A stretch of DNA of 64,000 bases from a virus (taxonomy: Duplodnaviria > Caudoviricetes). The stretch is from positions 5,448 to 69,447 of IMG/VR virus record IMGVR_UViG_3300020576_007607. One strand, written 5' to 3'. The position numbers and the translations under genes were made by a program. Under the pieces are notes generated by a model that was not told the DNA's origin, searched no databases, and worked only from the letters and a program-made list of their open reading frames with translations. Shown one piece after another: positions 48,470 through 59,900 of this stretch (position 1 is its first letter; every line of letters begins with the position of its first letter).

Positions 48470-49123
48470 ATGATAAAAGTAGGACTCACAGGAAATTTTT
48501 GGTCGGGACACAACGAGGTGGCTGAACTTTTCGAAGAAAAGGACATCAAGGTTTTCGACGCTGACCTTGTCTTGAAATTCATACTTCTCTATTCACAGGA
48601 ACACATCACCAAAATACAGTCCAAATTCGGAAAGGAAATCTACCAGTCGGGTCTACTTGACCTCAAATACTTTGATGACAACCGAAAATTCAACCAGCTT
48701 TTCGACATCGTCCAGTTGGATCTGATAAAGGCGTATGAGAAATGGAGAATAAAAAATTGGAACTCGGTCTATACAATTTTCAAATCATCAGTTCTTTTCG
48801 AGCGTGATATGGACAAACATATGAACTTCACCATTTCGGTCTACAGACCTTCAAGTCTAAGGAAATGGGACCTAACACAGAACAGTCAAATCAACAAACA
48901 TACCATAGATTTTATTCTAGATAATGAGATGGATGAAGCAGTCAAAAATACGAAATCCACCTACCAAGTAAATAATTACTCTTCGATGGAGATATCATAT
49001 TCCGATAGAACGGAGAATCTAAAGAGACAGATCGAAAACATTCATTCGGCATTACTCAAGAAAAATCAAAACAACTTTCATGAGTACAACCGAACTGAAA
49101 GTTATAAGAACATGTTCATGTAA
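48470..49123 (+). CDS. dephospho-CoA kinase-like protein with a degenerate P-loop
   Basis: MIKVGLTGNFWSGHNEV, VFDAD, FG, VLFE; TATTTTTG at 48448-48455. Confidence 0.7.
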   Translation: MIKVGLTGNFWSGHNEVAELFEEKDIKVFDADLVLKFILLYSQEHITKIQSKFGKEIYQSGLLDLKYFDDNRKFNQLFDIVQLDLIKAYEKWRIKNWNSVYTIFKSSVLFERDMDKHMNFTISVYRPSSLRKWDLTQNSQINKHTIDFILDNEMDEAVKNTKSTYQVNNYSSMEISYSDRTENLKRQIENIHSALLKKNQNNFHEYNRTESYKNMFM

Positions 49124-49125
49124 GC

Positions 49126-49383
49126 TTATTTAACGTTGATTGTGAAGTCTTCACCAGCATCAACCTTTTCTTTGAAACATGTAAGTGCCTTTGCGATCAG
49201 GTAACGATCCAAGTCGTTAAAATGATCTTTATCGTATGATGCTTGAACTGCGCTTATCAAGATATTCATTGATGTGTTTGGGTCAAGTTTTTCAGCTTTG
49301 ATTAGTTCATTTATTTCTTCTATTCTTGCCTGCTCTTCAGGAGATATTTGGGACATATCCATTTCTTGCTGTTGGTTTTCCAT
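49126..49383 (-). CDS. hypothetical protein
   Basis: 85 aa; ATATATA motif upstream. Confidence 0.65.
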   Translation of the reverse strand: MENQQQEMDMSQISPEEQARIEEINELIKAEKLDPNTSMNILISAVQASYDKDHFNDLDRYLIAKALTCFKEKVDAGEDFTINVK

Positions 49384-49456
49384 ATAAGTATAGTTTTTTA
49401 GTTATATATCGGGAAACCGATTTGTTTCTCATCTATTTTCTTTTTATTTTTGTAGT

Positions 49457-49912
49457 ATGTCGGATATAAAAAAATTTTATTATTACGGAACTAGTTTGAT
49501 CATCTTAAAGACAGGAACCAATAAATTAAATTTGGTCAAAGCCATTAAACTTTTTTCAGGAATGGGACTGAAAGAATCTAAGGAAGTGGTGGATAAGGTA
49601 TCCATGGGTATCGAACAGGTTATTAAGGTGGAAACGTCTACTAGCTTATCTCTCATATCAGCGGTCAGAGAAATTCTATCCGAATGTGACGGGTGCGTAT
49701 GGAGACTCAGCGACCAGGAACAGATAAGAAACAAGAAACTGATAGACTTGGGCATGGGAACCAAGGAAGACCTGGTCGAATACCTGGTGGAAAAGGATCT
49801 TTTCGAAATACTCGAAAACGACAAAAGCTATGATGCGATATACCAAATCCTGAAATCGAGATACGACCAATTTTCTGAAAACACATTGAACCAAATCCTC
49901 AACATATGCTAG
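49457..49912 (+). CDS. protein with a ribosomal L7/L12 C-terminal-like motif and internal tag
   Basis: KLNLVKAIKLFSGMGLKESKEVVD; RNKKLIDLG; TATTTTTG at 49445-49452. Confidence 0.65.
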   Translation: MSDIKKFYYYGTSLIILKTGTNKLNLVKAIKLFSGMGLKESKEVVDKVSMGIEQVIKVETSTSLSLISAVREILSECDGCVWRLSDQEQIRNKKLIDLGMGTKEDLVEYLVEKDLFEILENDKSYDAIYQILKSRYDQFSENTLNQILNIC

Positions 49913-50730
49913 TAACCTGCAAAAAACCGAACAAATATACCGTAAAGGGGGTCACCTACAAAGTCCTGTTTCTCAACAACAAGAAAGACCCATCATCACG
50001 TTGGTTCTATCCTAGGATTATGATGGAAATAAAACCAGGGATCACCTCTACCTATTCCCCGAAAAACTTCACGATGACCGACGGGACACCGATACCCGAG
50101 ATCAACTACCAATCCACCGAATACAATCCCGAGTCTTGGAAAGACGGACTTATAAGCGAGGAGAACATGGTCAAGAAAGGGGACTATGTAGTATACCGAT
50201 ACGGCAGTTCCAAATTCATGGAAAAAGGAAAGACATACAAGGTTGAGGATGTCAGGGTCACACGACACAAATCCACATCTTCCACATGGGTCAACATCAC
50301 AATCAAGATTGAGAAAAACCCGAGGTGGATTTCAAGCACCTCATTCCGGAAACTATCCGACCAGGAATCAAGGGACATCAGCCTATCCGAACTTCTGGAC
50401 CAACCGGTTCCGGTTTCCGAAATCGACAAGTCGACAAGAAAATTCGACCAGATGAACAAGGATGACCAACATAGGACACTCCTGTCGACCTTGGCATCCG
50501 CGATGGTGGACGTGACGAGAAACAATATGAGCATCATAGATTGGGCTTGTGAGAAGATCGGAAAAAAATACGATTTGAAACCTGATGATTTCAAACCGAT
50601 ATTGAAGAAATCACTCAATACCCTCATTAAGGAGAGGGAACAAAAAAAGGAGGTCTTTCGACCTCCTTTTTTTGTTAGGAAACACTCAGATATATTTTCC
50701 TTGACATTCGATCGACCGCGATCACCTTGA
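49906..50730 (+). CDS. hypothetical protein with internal tag RDISLSELL
   Basis: 274 aa; the 3' end runs through a terminator hairpin. Confidence 0.65.
   Translation: MLVTCKKPNKYTVKGVTYKVLFLNNKKDPSSRWFYPRIMMEIKPGITSTYSPKNFTMTDGTPIPEINYQSTEYNPESWKDGLISEENMVKKGDYVVYRYGSSKFMEKGKTYKVEDVRVTRHKSTSSTWVNITIKIEKNPRWISSTSFRKLSDQESRDISLSELLDQPVPVSEIDKSTRKFDQMNKDDQHRTLLSTLASAMVDVTRNNMSIIDWACEKIGKKYDLKPDDFKPILKKSLNTLIKEREQKKEVFRPPFFVRKHSDIFSLTFDRPRSP
50642..50673. terminator. bidirectional intrinsic terminator
   Basis: AAAAAAAGGAGGTC-TTTC-GACCTCCTTTTTTT. Confidence 0.8.
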
Positions 50731-51760
50731 CCTTGACGATTTCACCCGTAGTGACCCTCTTGGTGGTCTTTTCAAGTTCAGATGTGTGGATCAGACCGTT
50801 GGTCTCATCATCAAGGATTACCAAAGCACCGAATGGTTTGATGTCCCTTACCTTACCACTAATCACCTGACCAACTTTGATGGTATCCCAAAGAGACTCA
50901 CGAAGGATTTGAGTAAGGATGATCTTATCCTTGATAATTTCCTTGATGTAGAATTCAATTTCAAATCCAGGAGATATAGATGTCAGTCGGTTGGCCCATT
51001 CAGGATCAATGTTAGTCTTATGGATCATACCAGTCAGACATTCATTGAACTCGATGAACACTCCGAAGTCTGTTGTTCCAGTGACATGACCCTTGTAAAC
51101 CTTACCATATTCCAACTGCTTGATTGCTTGTGGGATCAGAGTCTGGAGATATTTCCTTCTGCTTACGATATAAGTTCCCTCTTCCCTTGAGAACGATTCG
51201 ATCATGACATTGAATGTCTGTCCGAGAATCGTGGATGTATCATGAAGCTTGTTGATTCCAGCCAATGTGTTCGGCATGAATCCCGGCAGTGTAACACCTT
51301 CGTATTGGATGTCGACATTGTAACCCGCCGGTGTGAGTTCCCGTACGAAAGCCATTACCGAAACACCTTCCTCAAGTGAGGTCAGTGACCTGCGAGCCTT
51401 GCTTTCATAGATTTCCGAAATGCTTCCACGTATGATGAAATCACGATTGTTGATCTCAACAATGTAAACGTCGACCACATCACCTATATTGGTGTTTTTC
51501 AGGTATTTGGATTCTTGTGGACGGTTTTCAATCCTAACGAAATCTTTAAAACCACCATCAAAAACAAGATATTTTCCACTTACGCCAAGATAGTTTACAC
51601 TAACAACCTTCCCTTCTGTTGGGAATTTGACAGTGTATCCATCATACACCAAGGATTCCTTTTCTCTTCTTTCCTGATACCTCTGGACTGCATCCGAGTC
51701 GAGAACATCAATTCCGAGATCCATTTTCCTAGGATCTCCATAGTTTATTTTTTTACCCAT
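50675..51760 (-). CDS. ribosomal protein S1-like multi-S1-domain protein
   Basis: GHVTGTTDFGVFIEF..GMIH, GKVRDIKPFGALV..GLIHTSEL..KVIAVD plus upstream S1-like repeats. Confidence 0.85.
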   Translation of the reverse strand: MGKKINYGDPRKMDLGIDVLDSDAVQRYQERREKESLVYDGYTVKFPTEGKVVSVNYLGVSGKYLVFDGGFKDFVRIENRPQESKYLKNTNIGDVVDVYIVEINNRDFIIRGSISEIYESKARRSLTSLEEGVSVMAFVRELTPAGYNVDIQYEGVTLPGFMPNTLAGINKLHDTSTILGQTFNVMIESFSREEGTYIVSRRKYLQTLIPQAIKQLEYGKVYKGHVTGTTDFGVFIEFNECLTGMIHKTNIDPEWANRLTSISPGFEIEFYIKEIIKDKIILTQILRESLWDTIKVGQVISGKVRDIKPFGALVILDDETNGLIHTSELEKTTKRVTTGEIVKVKVIAVDRMSRKIYLSVS

Positions 51761-51824
51761 ATATGTTTTTTTAAAAAGTTACAAGTTATTGTATTAGAGG
51801 AAAAATGAAAGTTTACTATTCAAT

Positions 51825-52223
51825 CTAATTTCTTTTGATGTTGTGTTTGACCATATAATCCCGAATCCTAATCGCATCCTCGTATCTTTCCTCCTTGAGG
51901 TACTGATCGAGCTTTTGGTTTAACTCTTCCGGAGAAAGAGAAGATATTGGTTTTTTCTTTGTTCCAGTATCATCCATAAGGGAATTGAAGAATTCGTTCA
52001 TTTGAGTGATGTCGACAAAATAGACAGCCTTGATAAGAGACTTGGATTCCGTTTTACCGAGTTGATTCAGTTTGTCACTTTCAAGAATTTTCCTGATGAA
52101 GTCGGGATTGAAAGCGTTATTCTCAATAAGATATTTGGCCAAATGATAAGGCCTGTTCTTAAAAATCTTTAAAATAGACAGAAGGTTCTGGTATAGCTGT
52201 TCGTTATTCTGAAAATCTTCCAT
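51825..52223 (-). CDS. UVR-domain protein
   Basis: C-terminal LDQYLKEERYEDAIRIRD; ATG at 52223. Confidence 0.7.
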   Translation of the reverse strand: MEDFQNNEQLYQNLLSILKIFKNRPYHLAKYLIENNAFNPDFIRKILESDKLNQLGKTESKSLIKAVYFVDITQMNEFFNSLMDDTGTKKKPISSLSPEELNQKLDQYLKEERYEDAIRIRDYMVKHNIKRN

Positions 52224-52252
52224 AAATAATATATATTCCAATCCGAAAATGT

Positions 52253-52942
52253 TTAAATCTTCTCGAAAAAAAGATTGTAGTAATATTTGAAATTGTACTG
52301 GGATGACTGATCAGGCTGAGCAAATTTGACACGGAGATTCGACTCCTGGGGATCCGATTGGACCTCCAGCTTCGAAAACAGACAATCGGGCGATTCTATC
52401 GAACTGTCGAAAGTATTGGAAAACTGAAGGGCATTCGAGGTTTTCAAATCCACCGACTTGATGTAAAATTCTATTTTGGAAAACCTATACCTTCCCAAGA
52501 GATTGGTGACCACATATTCGCTTACGGCCGCACTCACATTGTTGTTCAAAGTCATCGAATTTCCCACTCCCTCAAATGTCCTCCACTTCTTGAGGACAGC
52601 TGAAAGATATCCATTCAGGACCGTTTTCATCTGTATGTCGAGAATCCACCTTGTGTACCCGTTTTTCTGATACTCGGATTGGGAATCGTCAAGAAACAGA
52701 ACATGTGTCTTTGATTTCTCGTCAACGGTATTGAATATCCTGGACGGGAAAAACCTTTCCGACTCAAGGTCAATCTGCTCACCATTCTCATTCTGGTAAT
52801 AGACTATACTTTCGTTTCCTATCGTAATCGAGTTTTCAATCGACAACATCTTAGATCCGAAAAAGGAACTCTGCTCTTTCATGTTGAATGTCCCATGAAC
52901 CTTCTCATAGACAAATTCGGGTGATATGTAGTTTCTGCGCAT
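52253..52942 (-). CDS. probable virion structural protein
   Basis: Co-transcribed with two large structural-type genes. Confidence 0.55.
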   Translation of the reverse strand: MRRNYISPEFVYEKVHGTFNMKEQSSFFGSKMLSIENSITIGNESIVYYQNENGEQIDLESERFFPSRIFNTVDEKSKTHVLFLDDSQSEYQKNGYTRWILDIQMKTVLNGYLSAVLKKWRTFEGVGNSMTLNNNVSAAVSEYVVTNLLGRYRFSKIEFYIKSVDLKTSNALQFSNTFDSSIESPDCLFSKLEVQSDPQESNLRVKFAQPDQSSQYNFKYYYNLFFEKI

Positions 52943-52956
52943 CCTAAAAAATTATT

Positions 52957-55900
52957 TTACAAATAGCTTGCCGTCGGGGATATCAAGGTCTCATTGCTAA
53001 CCACAGGCAACTCCGAAGGAGCTTCCTGACATTCGGTATAATAACGGTAATCCCATGTCGATCTGAAAACAAAAGAATCAGTCACATGATATCCGAACTC
53101 ATCAATCATCGGATATTGCGATTTCAAATCCGAATCGTTTCTAAGCCTCAATACGTTACCTCTCCGATTGACCTTGCTGACCAGCCTTTCCCTTATCTTT
53201 CCAAAATCGGTGAGTTCCGTGTCGAAACGGCTTCCCTGATAGTTCCTGTCGGAAGTCGTCGACATGAAAAGCGGAATCTCATGAAATATAACATCATAAT
53301 AACCGCTGTGCCTGTATGTCGAATTATAAACTATATTGATGTTCCCGTTGTAGTTTGGAATCGTGACCGGATCAATTCTGTTTCTCTCGACCGAGGTAGA
53401 AAGGCTTATTCCCGAATACCAGTTCAGCTGATCCAACGTGGTTATGTTTGAATTACTGAGCTGCCTGACCGACCTTATCCTGTTCTGGTCCGGAGAAACA
53501 GGTTTAACTATGTTCGAATTGACCCTACTGGAAACCTGATCTGGATATTCGCATGACACAAGGTAAGGCAGATTGACAATGCTGTTGAAGTTTCCGAAAT
53601 CGTAAACGTTCAGGCTGCCATCGACGTTCACGACCACATACCTGACATTGTCACTGAACTGATACTTGTTCAGCGGGTCGTTTATGTAGTTCATGAAATT
53701 GTTGGCGGTCAGCTTCCGATAGACATCCGAATAAAGAACGTCCCGATTGGCGTTGGAAAGGTTATCAAAGGTATTGTCATTGACATAGATATTTATCAGT
53801 ACGTTGTTCCACTTCTTGTTTATGTAGATATCGGCTCCGTTTTCCAAAGTCCTGTTCTGGTTCGAATATGTGGACGACGCAATCTCAACACACGAGTAAT
53901 ACCTGTTGTTCATATGTATGATGCTGTTGCCGGATATGGTCACCCCATATTGGTATCCGGTATCGGGAACCATACTGTAAACCCTTTTCCAAACACCGTC
54001 GGCCGCAGGTGCCAATCCCAACGAAGATGTCCCGACTGTCATGTAAACCGTGTCGTTATATACCACATAATGACCAGGATCGAACAGAGTCGTATTCCAT
54101 GTCGTATTGGATTGACCATATGACTTGGACTCGTTCCACAATTCCACCGGACTCCAGATAGACGAATATGTTGTCGATCTTATCCAATAATTATTGAATA
54201 TGTTGTCGGTCGTGTCTATCAGGAACGTGTTGCTCGAAGTCTGCGAAACCCATATCTCGTTCTTGAACAGAACCGGATCACCAACATTGTAAACCCCGTA
54301 AGGATTCCAAAAAGGAGCCTCCATTCCAGGAACAGCCTGAGTTCCAGTCGAATAGTAATACTCCCCCGTATTATAGACCAATGGTGGTATGTTCTCTGGA
54401 AACAGACCCCACATGTTGTTCGACGATGTCGGATTTTCGCCATTGTAATAATTGGGCGACCAGAATATGGTCTTCAATTCGGATGCGGTCCATCCAGTAC
54501 TTGTCGATGGGTCGATCGAAGGATCGTCGATTTTGATGTCCTGTGTGGATTTCCAAAGTATGTCATACCAATTGGCGACACTTCCCGAAGCGTATGTCTG
54601 GTTGAGTTTCCAATCGTCGACTATCTGCCATCTCAGGACATTGTCGGTTTGAGAGAGGGTTCCCGAATTTATGCTTTCGGGGAGGGAATTGACAACCCAA
54701 CTGTTCTTAGTTAGAACGATGCTGAATTTCCAATTCTCAAACTCATTAGATGACTTTACGTTTATCTTTTCCACCTGCCCGTTCGAAACCTGAACCGAAT
54801 CGACGTTCTTGATAGAGAATTTTATCCCCTTCCAAAGCGTCTGGTTCGGAACCACCGTGTCACCCGATACGAAATACGAGTACTTGGAGGTGTTTGACAC
54901 TATCCGGCCGCTGTCGAAGACCGACTTCTTACCAAAAAAGTAACTGAAATAATCCACTTTCGAGTTCAAATACTGACTCAGATCAAAGTTGAATCCCGGA
55001 GTCAGGTGATCCTCGACATGAAGACTGTGATGGACGTATGATGAGGTGAATGAGTTTACAGTCAGGAAATAATCCAAATTTCTCAGATTCCTCTCAGGCA
55101 GACCATTCCAAACATCGACCGACTTGTTAGACTCCTCCGACAGGAATGAATTGTTCAGAAGATACGGATAGTCGTTTGATGAAAGGGAACCCTTATATCC
55201 CCACTTGAGCCTTACCGGGTTCTTTCTCCACAGGGGATTCAGCTGACCGTCCTCCAAACGGAAAGTCTCGCTGTTTGCCGTATATTCCGAGGAACACGGT
55301 ATATTAACCTCGGTTCCGTTTATCTGATACCTGTTCAATTCCAAAGGCTGCGTTTTAGAGTCGAGGTTTGTCGTAAACATTTTGGGCTCGTCTGTTTCGG
55401 TAAGCTGGTTTCCCATCTCATACTCGAACTTCGAAAATTGCGTCTCGACAATATCCGTGTCAAAATCCTTGACCGGCGAAAATCGACATCGGTAAAGACC
55501 GAATTTCTTCGGAGGGTTATTTTCGTCTATGACAAGACTCAATTTCGTCCTGTATGACGGATCGGAACCGTTGATGTAGTATTCAAACGTCTCCTCGGTC
55601 TGGGAAAACCCATAATCGGTGTTTATGAAATACTGACCGTCCCTGTACATCACATTGTGATATTTTCCGTCTATCTCAATCATCCAAACGTCATAGTCGG
55701 AAAAATCCGCGATGGAAAAGGAACCCCCGTCGATATACGAGAGTATGCTCGTGTTGTCCGATTGGGTGGTTATTCTTATGATGTTTTTGTTTATTTCCGA
55801 TTCCCTGCCCTGAAGACCCACATCGGATATAATCTTGTACCTGGCCGTCAAAATGTCCCCAACCGCCTCGACAGACACAGAACCAGACAGACTTACGGTG

Positions 55901-56940
55901 GTGTTCCCCTGGGTAGTCTCTGTCACCGTCTCCACGACGTATAGATTGCCTCCAATCTCGACATACGGTGTCTTTTGATCGAGATACGAGTCCCTGAAAG
56001 GATTTCCGTGTGTCGGACTGGTCAGATAGTTGTTGGAATCTATGACCACATCGTCCCAAACCTCGGGAAGCCGATAAGGACTCAGATAAGTGACCAGATC
56101 GAGACTGTCCATGTAGAAACCCATATATCTGTTGAGAGACCACTTTCGGATCGAATCAGGTGTTGCTGGAGTGTCGTTGAACAGAAAGCTGAAATTGATT
56201 ATGTTCGGATAGACAACACGGTTGTTCTTATACCCATCGATAACCATTTTCTCAAGGTCGAAATAGGTGTTCTCATATTCGAGAACCGAGTCCATCAGAA
56301 AACTCTTTTCGGTATATCCGCCGTTGTCGTAATCGATTCCTGTCCATGACGAAAACTCGTTTTTCCTGAAATCCACATAGAGACTGTTTTTCGGATAGGA
56401 AGGGTTTTTGGTTATGTTGGTGTCGAGCCATTCCCCGATTGGTGTTGTCCTGCTCAAATCGATCACCCTGACGCATTTCAGCTTGTCCAAAATTTCGGAC
56501 CTGAAATTTTCCCGGTCTAAGCTTACCAGACCAGGACCGTCGACCCTGAATATCACGAAATTGGACGGCAGATTTCCCTTGACGATATAAAGCGGGGCGA
56601 AATACTCATAATCCTCACCATAGTTCTTGTTGTCCACTATGTTCCTTGCCCCGTATTCGTAAAGGTCGTCATATTGCTTGGAAAAATCAGAACCCATGTT
56701 TTCGGCGTCGCCGTCGTACTTGATCGAAAAGGCAATCTCGGTAGGAGTGTTCTTGAAGAAATAAGGAACCATCTCATCAAAAAAACTTTCCTTTGTGAAT
56801 TGGACTTTCTTATACCTGTTGTCGTCCAATTGGGGAATCGACAGGATCGATTCCAGGTAAATGCTGTAATCCTGGGAAACGACAAGTTTTACATTTCCCG
56901 TCAATCCGACGTTTGTTCTGAGTATACCGTGACTTTTCAT
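52957..56940 (-). CDS. 1327-aa probable baseplate/tail protein with CBM5/12-like repeats
   Basis: WKLNQTYASG, WNPYGVYNVGDPVLFKNEIW, WNESKSYG...VVYNDTVY. Confidence 0.6.
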   Translation of the reverse strand: MKSHGILRTNVGLTGNVKLVVSQDYSIYLESILSIPQLDDNRYKKVQFTKESFFDEMVPYFFKNTPTEIAFSIKYDGDAENMGSDFSKQYDDLYEYGARNIVDNKNYGEDYEYFAPLYIVKGNLPSNFVIFRVDGPGLVSLDRENFRSEILDKLKCVRVIDLSRTTPIGEWLDTNITKNPSYPKNSLYVDFRKNEFSSWTGIDYDNGGYTEKSFLMDSVLEYENTYFDLEKMVIDGYKNNRVVYPNIINFSFLFNDTPATPDSIRKWSLNRYMGFYMDSLDLVTYLSPYRLPEVWDDVVIDSNNYLTSPTHGNPFRDSYLDQKTPYVEIGGNLYVVETVTETTQGNTTVSLSGSVSVEAVGDILTARYKIISDVGLQGRESEINKNIIRITTQSDNTSILSYIDGGSFSIADFSDYDVWMIEIDGKYHNVMYRDGQYFINTDYGFSQTEETFEYYINGSDPSYRTKLSLVIDENNPPKKFGLYRCRFSPVKDFDTDIVETQFSKFEYEMGNQLTETDEPKMFTTNLDSKTQPLELNRYQINGTEVNIPCSSEYTANSETFRLEDGQLNPLWRKNPVRLKWGYKGSLSSNDYPYLLNNSFLSEESNKSVDVWNGLPERNLRNLDYFLTVNSFTSSYVHHSLHVEDHLTPGFNFDLSQYLNSKVDYFSYFFGKKSVFDSGRIVSNTSKYSYFVSGDTVVPNQTLWKGIKFSIKNVDSVQVSNGQVEKINVKSSNEFENWKFSIVLTKNSWVVNSLPESINSGTLSQTDNVLRWQIVDDWKLNQTYASGSVANWYDILWKSTQDIKIDDPSIDPSTSTGWTASELKTIFWSPNYYNGENPTSSNNMWGLFPENIPPLVYNTGEYYYSTGTQAVPGMEAPFWNPYGVYNVGDPVLFKNEIWVSQTSSNTFLIDTTDNIFNNYWIRSTTYSSIWSPVELWNESKSYGQSNTTWNTTLFDPGHYVVYNDTVYMTVGTSSLGLAPAADGVWKRVYSMVPDTGYQYGVTISGNSIIHMNNRYYSCVEIASSTYSNQNRTLENGADIYINKKWNNVLINIYVNDNTFDNLSNANRDVLYSDVYRKLTANNFMNYINDPLNKYQFSDNVRYVVVNVDGSLNVYDFGNFNSIVNLPYLVSCEYPDQVSSRVNSNIVKPVSPDQNRIRSVRQLSNSNITTLDQLNWYSGISLSTSVERNRIDPVTIPNYNGNINIVYNSTYRHSGYYDVIFHEIPLFMSTTSDRNYQGSRFDTELTDFGKIRERLVSKVNRRGNVLRLRNDSDLKSQYPMIDEFGYHVTDSFVFRSTWDYRYYTECQEAPSELPVVSNETLISPTASYL

Positions 56941-56948
56941 TCCTTATC

Positions 56949-59900
56949 TTATAAATTTGCTGACAGATTGTTAGGAGCGGAAGCTATCGCCTGATTCGCA
57001 GCCGAAACGTTGACGTTGACCGACAAGTCATTCAAACCCAACCTATCTCTTGTGCTGACCACCTTTTTCTGCCTGTTGATCCTGAATATCAGTGAGAAAA
57101 CGAACGACCTGTTGTCAGCCTCGTTCTCCAACAGGAATTTGATCTTCTTGATGTGAGTGGTCGGAGGCTTCGGATCGTTCAGGTTGACATACTGATAGTC
57201 GGCTCCGGTCCTGTTCGGATCAAGCGCGTTCAACTTGAAATAAATCCTGATTGGTATAACGATGTCGTTTTCCTGTCCTCCCTTGACGGTCCTGACCTTG
57301 TCGGAATTGGTTTCCTGGATCTTTGTCAGTTCCTGGACCATCGGGTGAACCGATGTAAGGAGCTTGTTTGTCGAGATGGCCGACTGCGAAACATCGATCC
57401 ACTTCCTCTTGTCCGTAAGGGACAAATCATTTCCGACGAAGGAAAGAATGGCGTTCTCGTTATATCCGAGATTGTAGCTGTTCGAAGAAAGGACAGTCGT
57501 AAGAGAGTTGTTGTTGTCGGCAACGAAATTGTTGCCTATATTTTCAGAAAGCTTGTCGATCGTTGTCTGATTGACATTGTCATAGTTGATCGACCACAAA
57601 TACTGATAGTCAATCTGGGTTTTTGTGACACCGGTGGTGTTCGAAACAATTAGCTCATCCGATTGGTTCACCCAAAAGACCTGAGGGGTAGCCGAATTGT
57701 AAGACTGGGCGTTGCTGACCGGATCATAAGTCCTGTTCGACAGGAGACCCAAGTCGGATTCCTGAGACTTGTTGCTTATGACCACACTGAACTCCTTCAC
57801 CACATAGACGTTGTTCGGATAAACCCGTCCGCTCGGAACACCCGGACTTACGAATTTCTCCTTGATGTAATCCTCACACTCTACAATATAAGTTGTTTCG
57901 GATCCGTTCTTGAGAACAGTCGGAACATTGTTTCGATAAACGACAACCTGTAGCTCTCCCTTGACGCGGGATATCTTTTCCTCAAGAGATCTGACCCTGT
58001 TTTCCAACCTGGTCAGATAGTCAAGCAGACTGAGAACCAACCCGTTCTCATCCTTGAACCCGGAAAGAATCCTGTCCGTGTTGTGCAGATAGTTGATGTT
58101 GTTGACTATGACCTGCTCAGAAAGGTGATCGTCCAATCCCTTGGCCGACAGATCGCTCTGTATCGAAACCCTGAGATCTTCCTTGGAAGCCTCCTGGAGA
58201 ATGAAATCTGTCTCGTTCAGGACATTGTTCAGGGAGTCCGGAAACTCCACCGAAAGGGTTTCGCTCCAATCGGACTCGACTGGAGAATCGGGATATCCGA
58301 CCTCGGATATAGATTTTATCCTGACCTCAACCTTCTCGTTCGGCCTGATCGGAATGTCCAACTGGTTTATGTTTGGAGTGTCGGCGTCGGATACATCCTC
58401 AATCTTCCAGGTGTATGTGCCGGTTGCGGCATTGAACAATCTCTGACGGACATCCGACTTGAATTCTATCCAGTTCGAAAAGGCCCCGTTTTTCAGGGTG
58501 CTCGCCGCATTTGCTGGAGCGTCCGCCAATTTGAAGGTCTCAACCGGAGATTCATTTCCGTCCTTGCTCAGATAACGGTACTGAACCCTGAACTGTATGA
58601 TTTCCTGAGGCTTGGTTCCCCTGGTCTGGACCGCTTCGGGTATAGACCAAAAACCCCTCAATCTGAATTCGGGAGAGACACCAGTGTTTCTCGGGGCCAC
58701 ATTAAGATTGGACGTGTTTATGATCTGCTTGTTCACCGACGCCAAAAGGTTCGACTTGCTGACACGCTGACGGTTCAGGCTATCCAAATCGTTCAGGCTC
58801 TGCTTTCTTGCTGCTTCCGACGTGAATCTCGTCGACCTGATGAGTTTATTCTTGTCCTGTATGGAATCGTTTATCTGGGTAATCTCCGACTTCAGAGTCT
58901 GGACCTGATTGTACATAGCCTTTATATCCATCGAGTTGCTGCTGGGGTTGAGATGTTGGTTTATTCGGACGACCTTGAAATTCGCAGAATTCAGAACCAC
59001 CGTGTTCGGGGTTCCAGCCAAAACGTTGGGTGTCTTCTTGGCCACCAAGTCCTTGAGAACCATACCATAATCGTAAACCTGACTGCTGTAATAGTCGGAA
59101 AGAGAAAGACTGTTGTCCTTATTTATGAGCTCGTTGGTGAAATAACCTATTCCCTTGCTCCAATTCTTGGACAGTATGTAATTGTCCATATCCAGGGATT
59201 TGACAAAGACCACGTTTCTCTCGTTATAACCGATGCTGACCCTTACCTTCTTGTTGTATATCACTGGGGAGTATATCTTGAGACCACCGACAATCCCTAT
59301 CGGGGGAGCCTCAAAACCCTCAATTGTCTCCAATCTCACCCTAGGGAGGGACTGAGACGTCGATATCTCGATAATCGAATACCTTGTGGTCGAAGCTCCT
59401 ATAACATTTACTATAAGTTCGTCACCCACAGCCAATTGCCTCTCCTGCTGGACATATGTGACACCATCCGACTGAAGTATATTCCTCACGTAAGACAGCT
59501 TGTCAAGTACATACCACGACTTCCTGTTGAGAGTGTCATCCTGAAATTGGGTTACCGTGAAGGTTCCGTCATATTCGAGCCTGTTCGGCTGAAGGTCAAA
59601 CATCTGCTCATCATAGTTCGGCCTCAGAGGCTCAACCAATCCCGGTGTGTTCCTATGCCAATTCTCATAGTCCTCCAAAGTGAACGAGTTCTTGCTCTTG
59701 AATAGGGCGTTGAAACTGTTGATGGCCTGAACACCAAGAGGAGTGGCGTTCCCATTGGTGTCGGTAGCGAATTCGGGTATGTATCTCCTACACAGTATTT
59801 TCCTGACATTATACTCAATCTGTCCTGTCAAATCCAATTCTATCGAAAGGGTCGGATTCATAAGACCGTCGAAAATCCAGTTCTTGTCGGTGACGAAAGT

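Noticed and set aside
50675-51760. Different codon style of the S1-like gene as evidence of recent host transfer
   Set aside because: Equally explained by high-expression codon bias; cannot be resolved without a phylogeny.
52223-52241. Apparent N-terminal tag MEYILFMEDF
   Set aside because: It comes from a TTG start that translates the AATATATA promoter motif; the likely start is ATG 52223.
58083-59705. 540-aa plus-strand ORF, and similar ones at 35258-36064, 12693-13535 and 13854-14543
   Set aside because: Antisense or alternate-frame shadows of long genes with biased codon use; no motifs, promoter or plausible composition.
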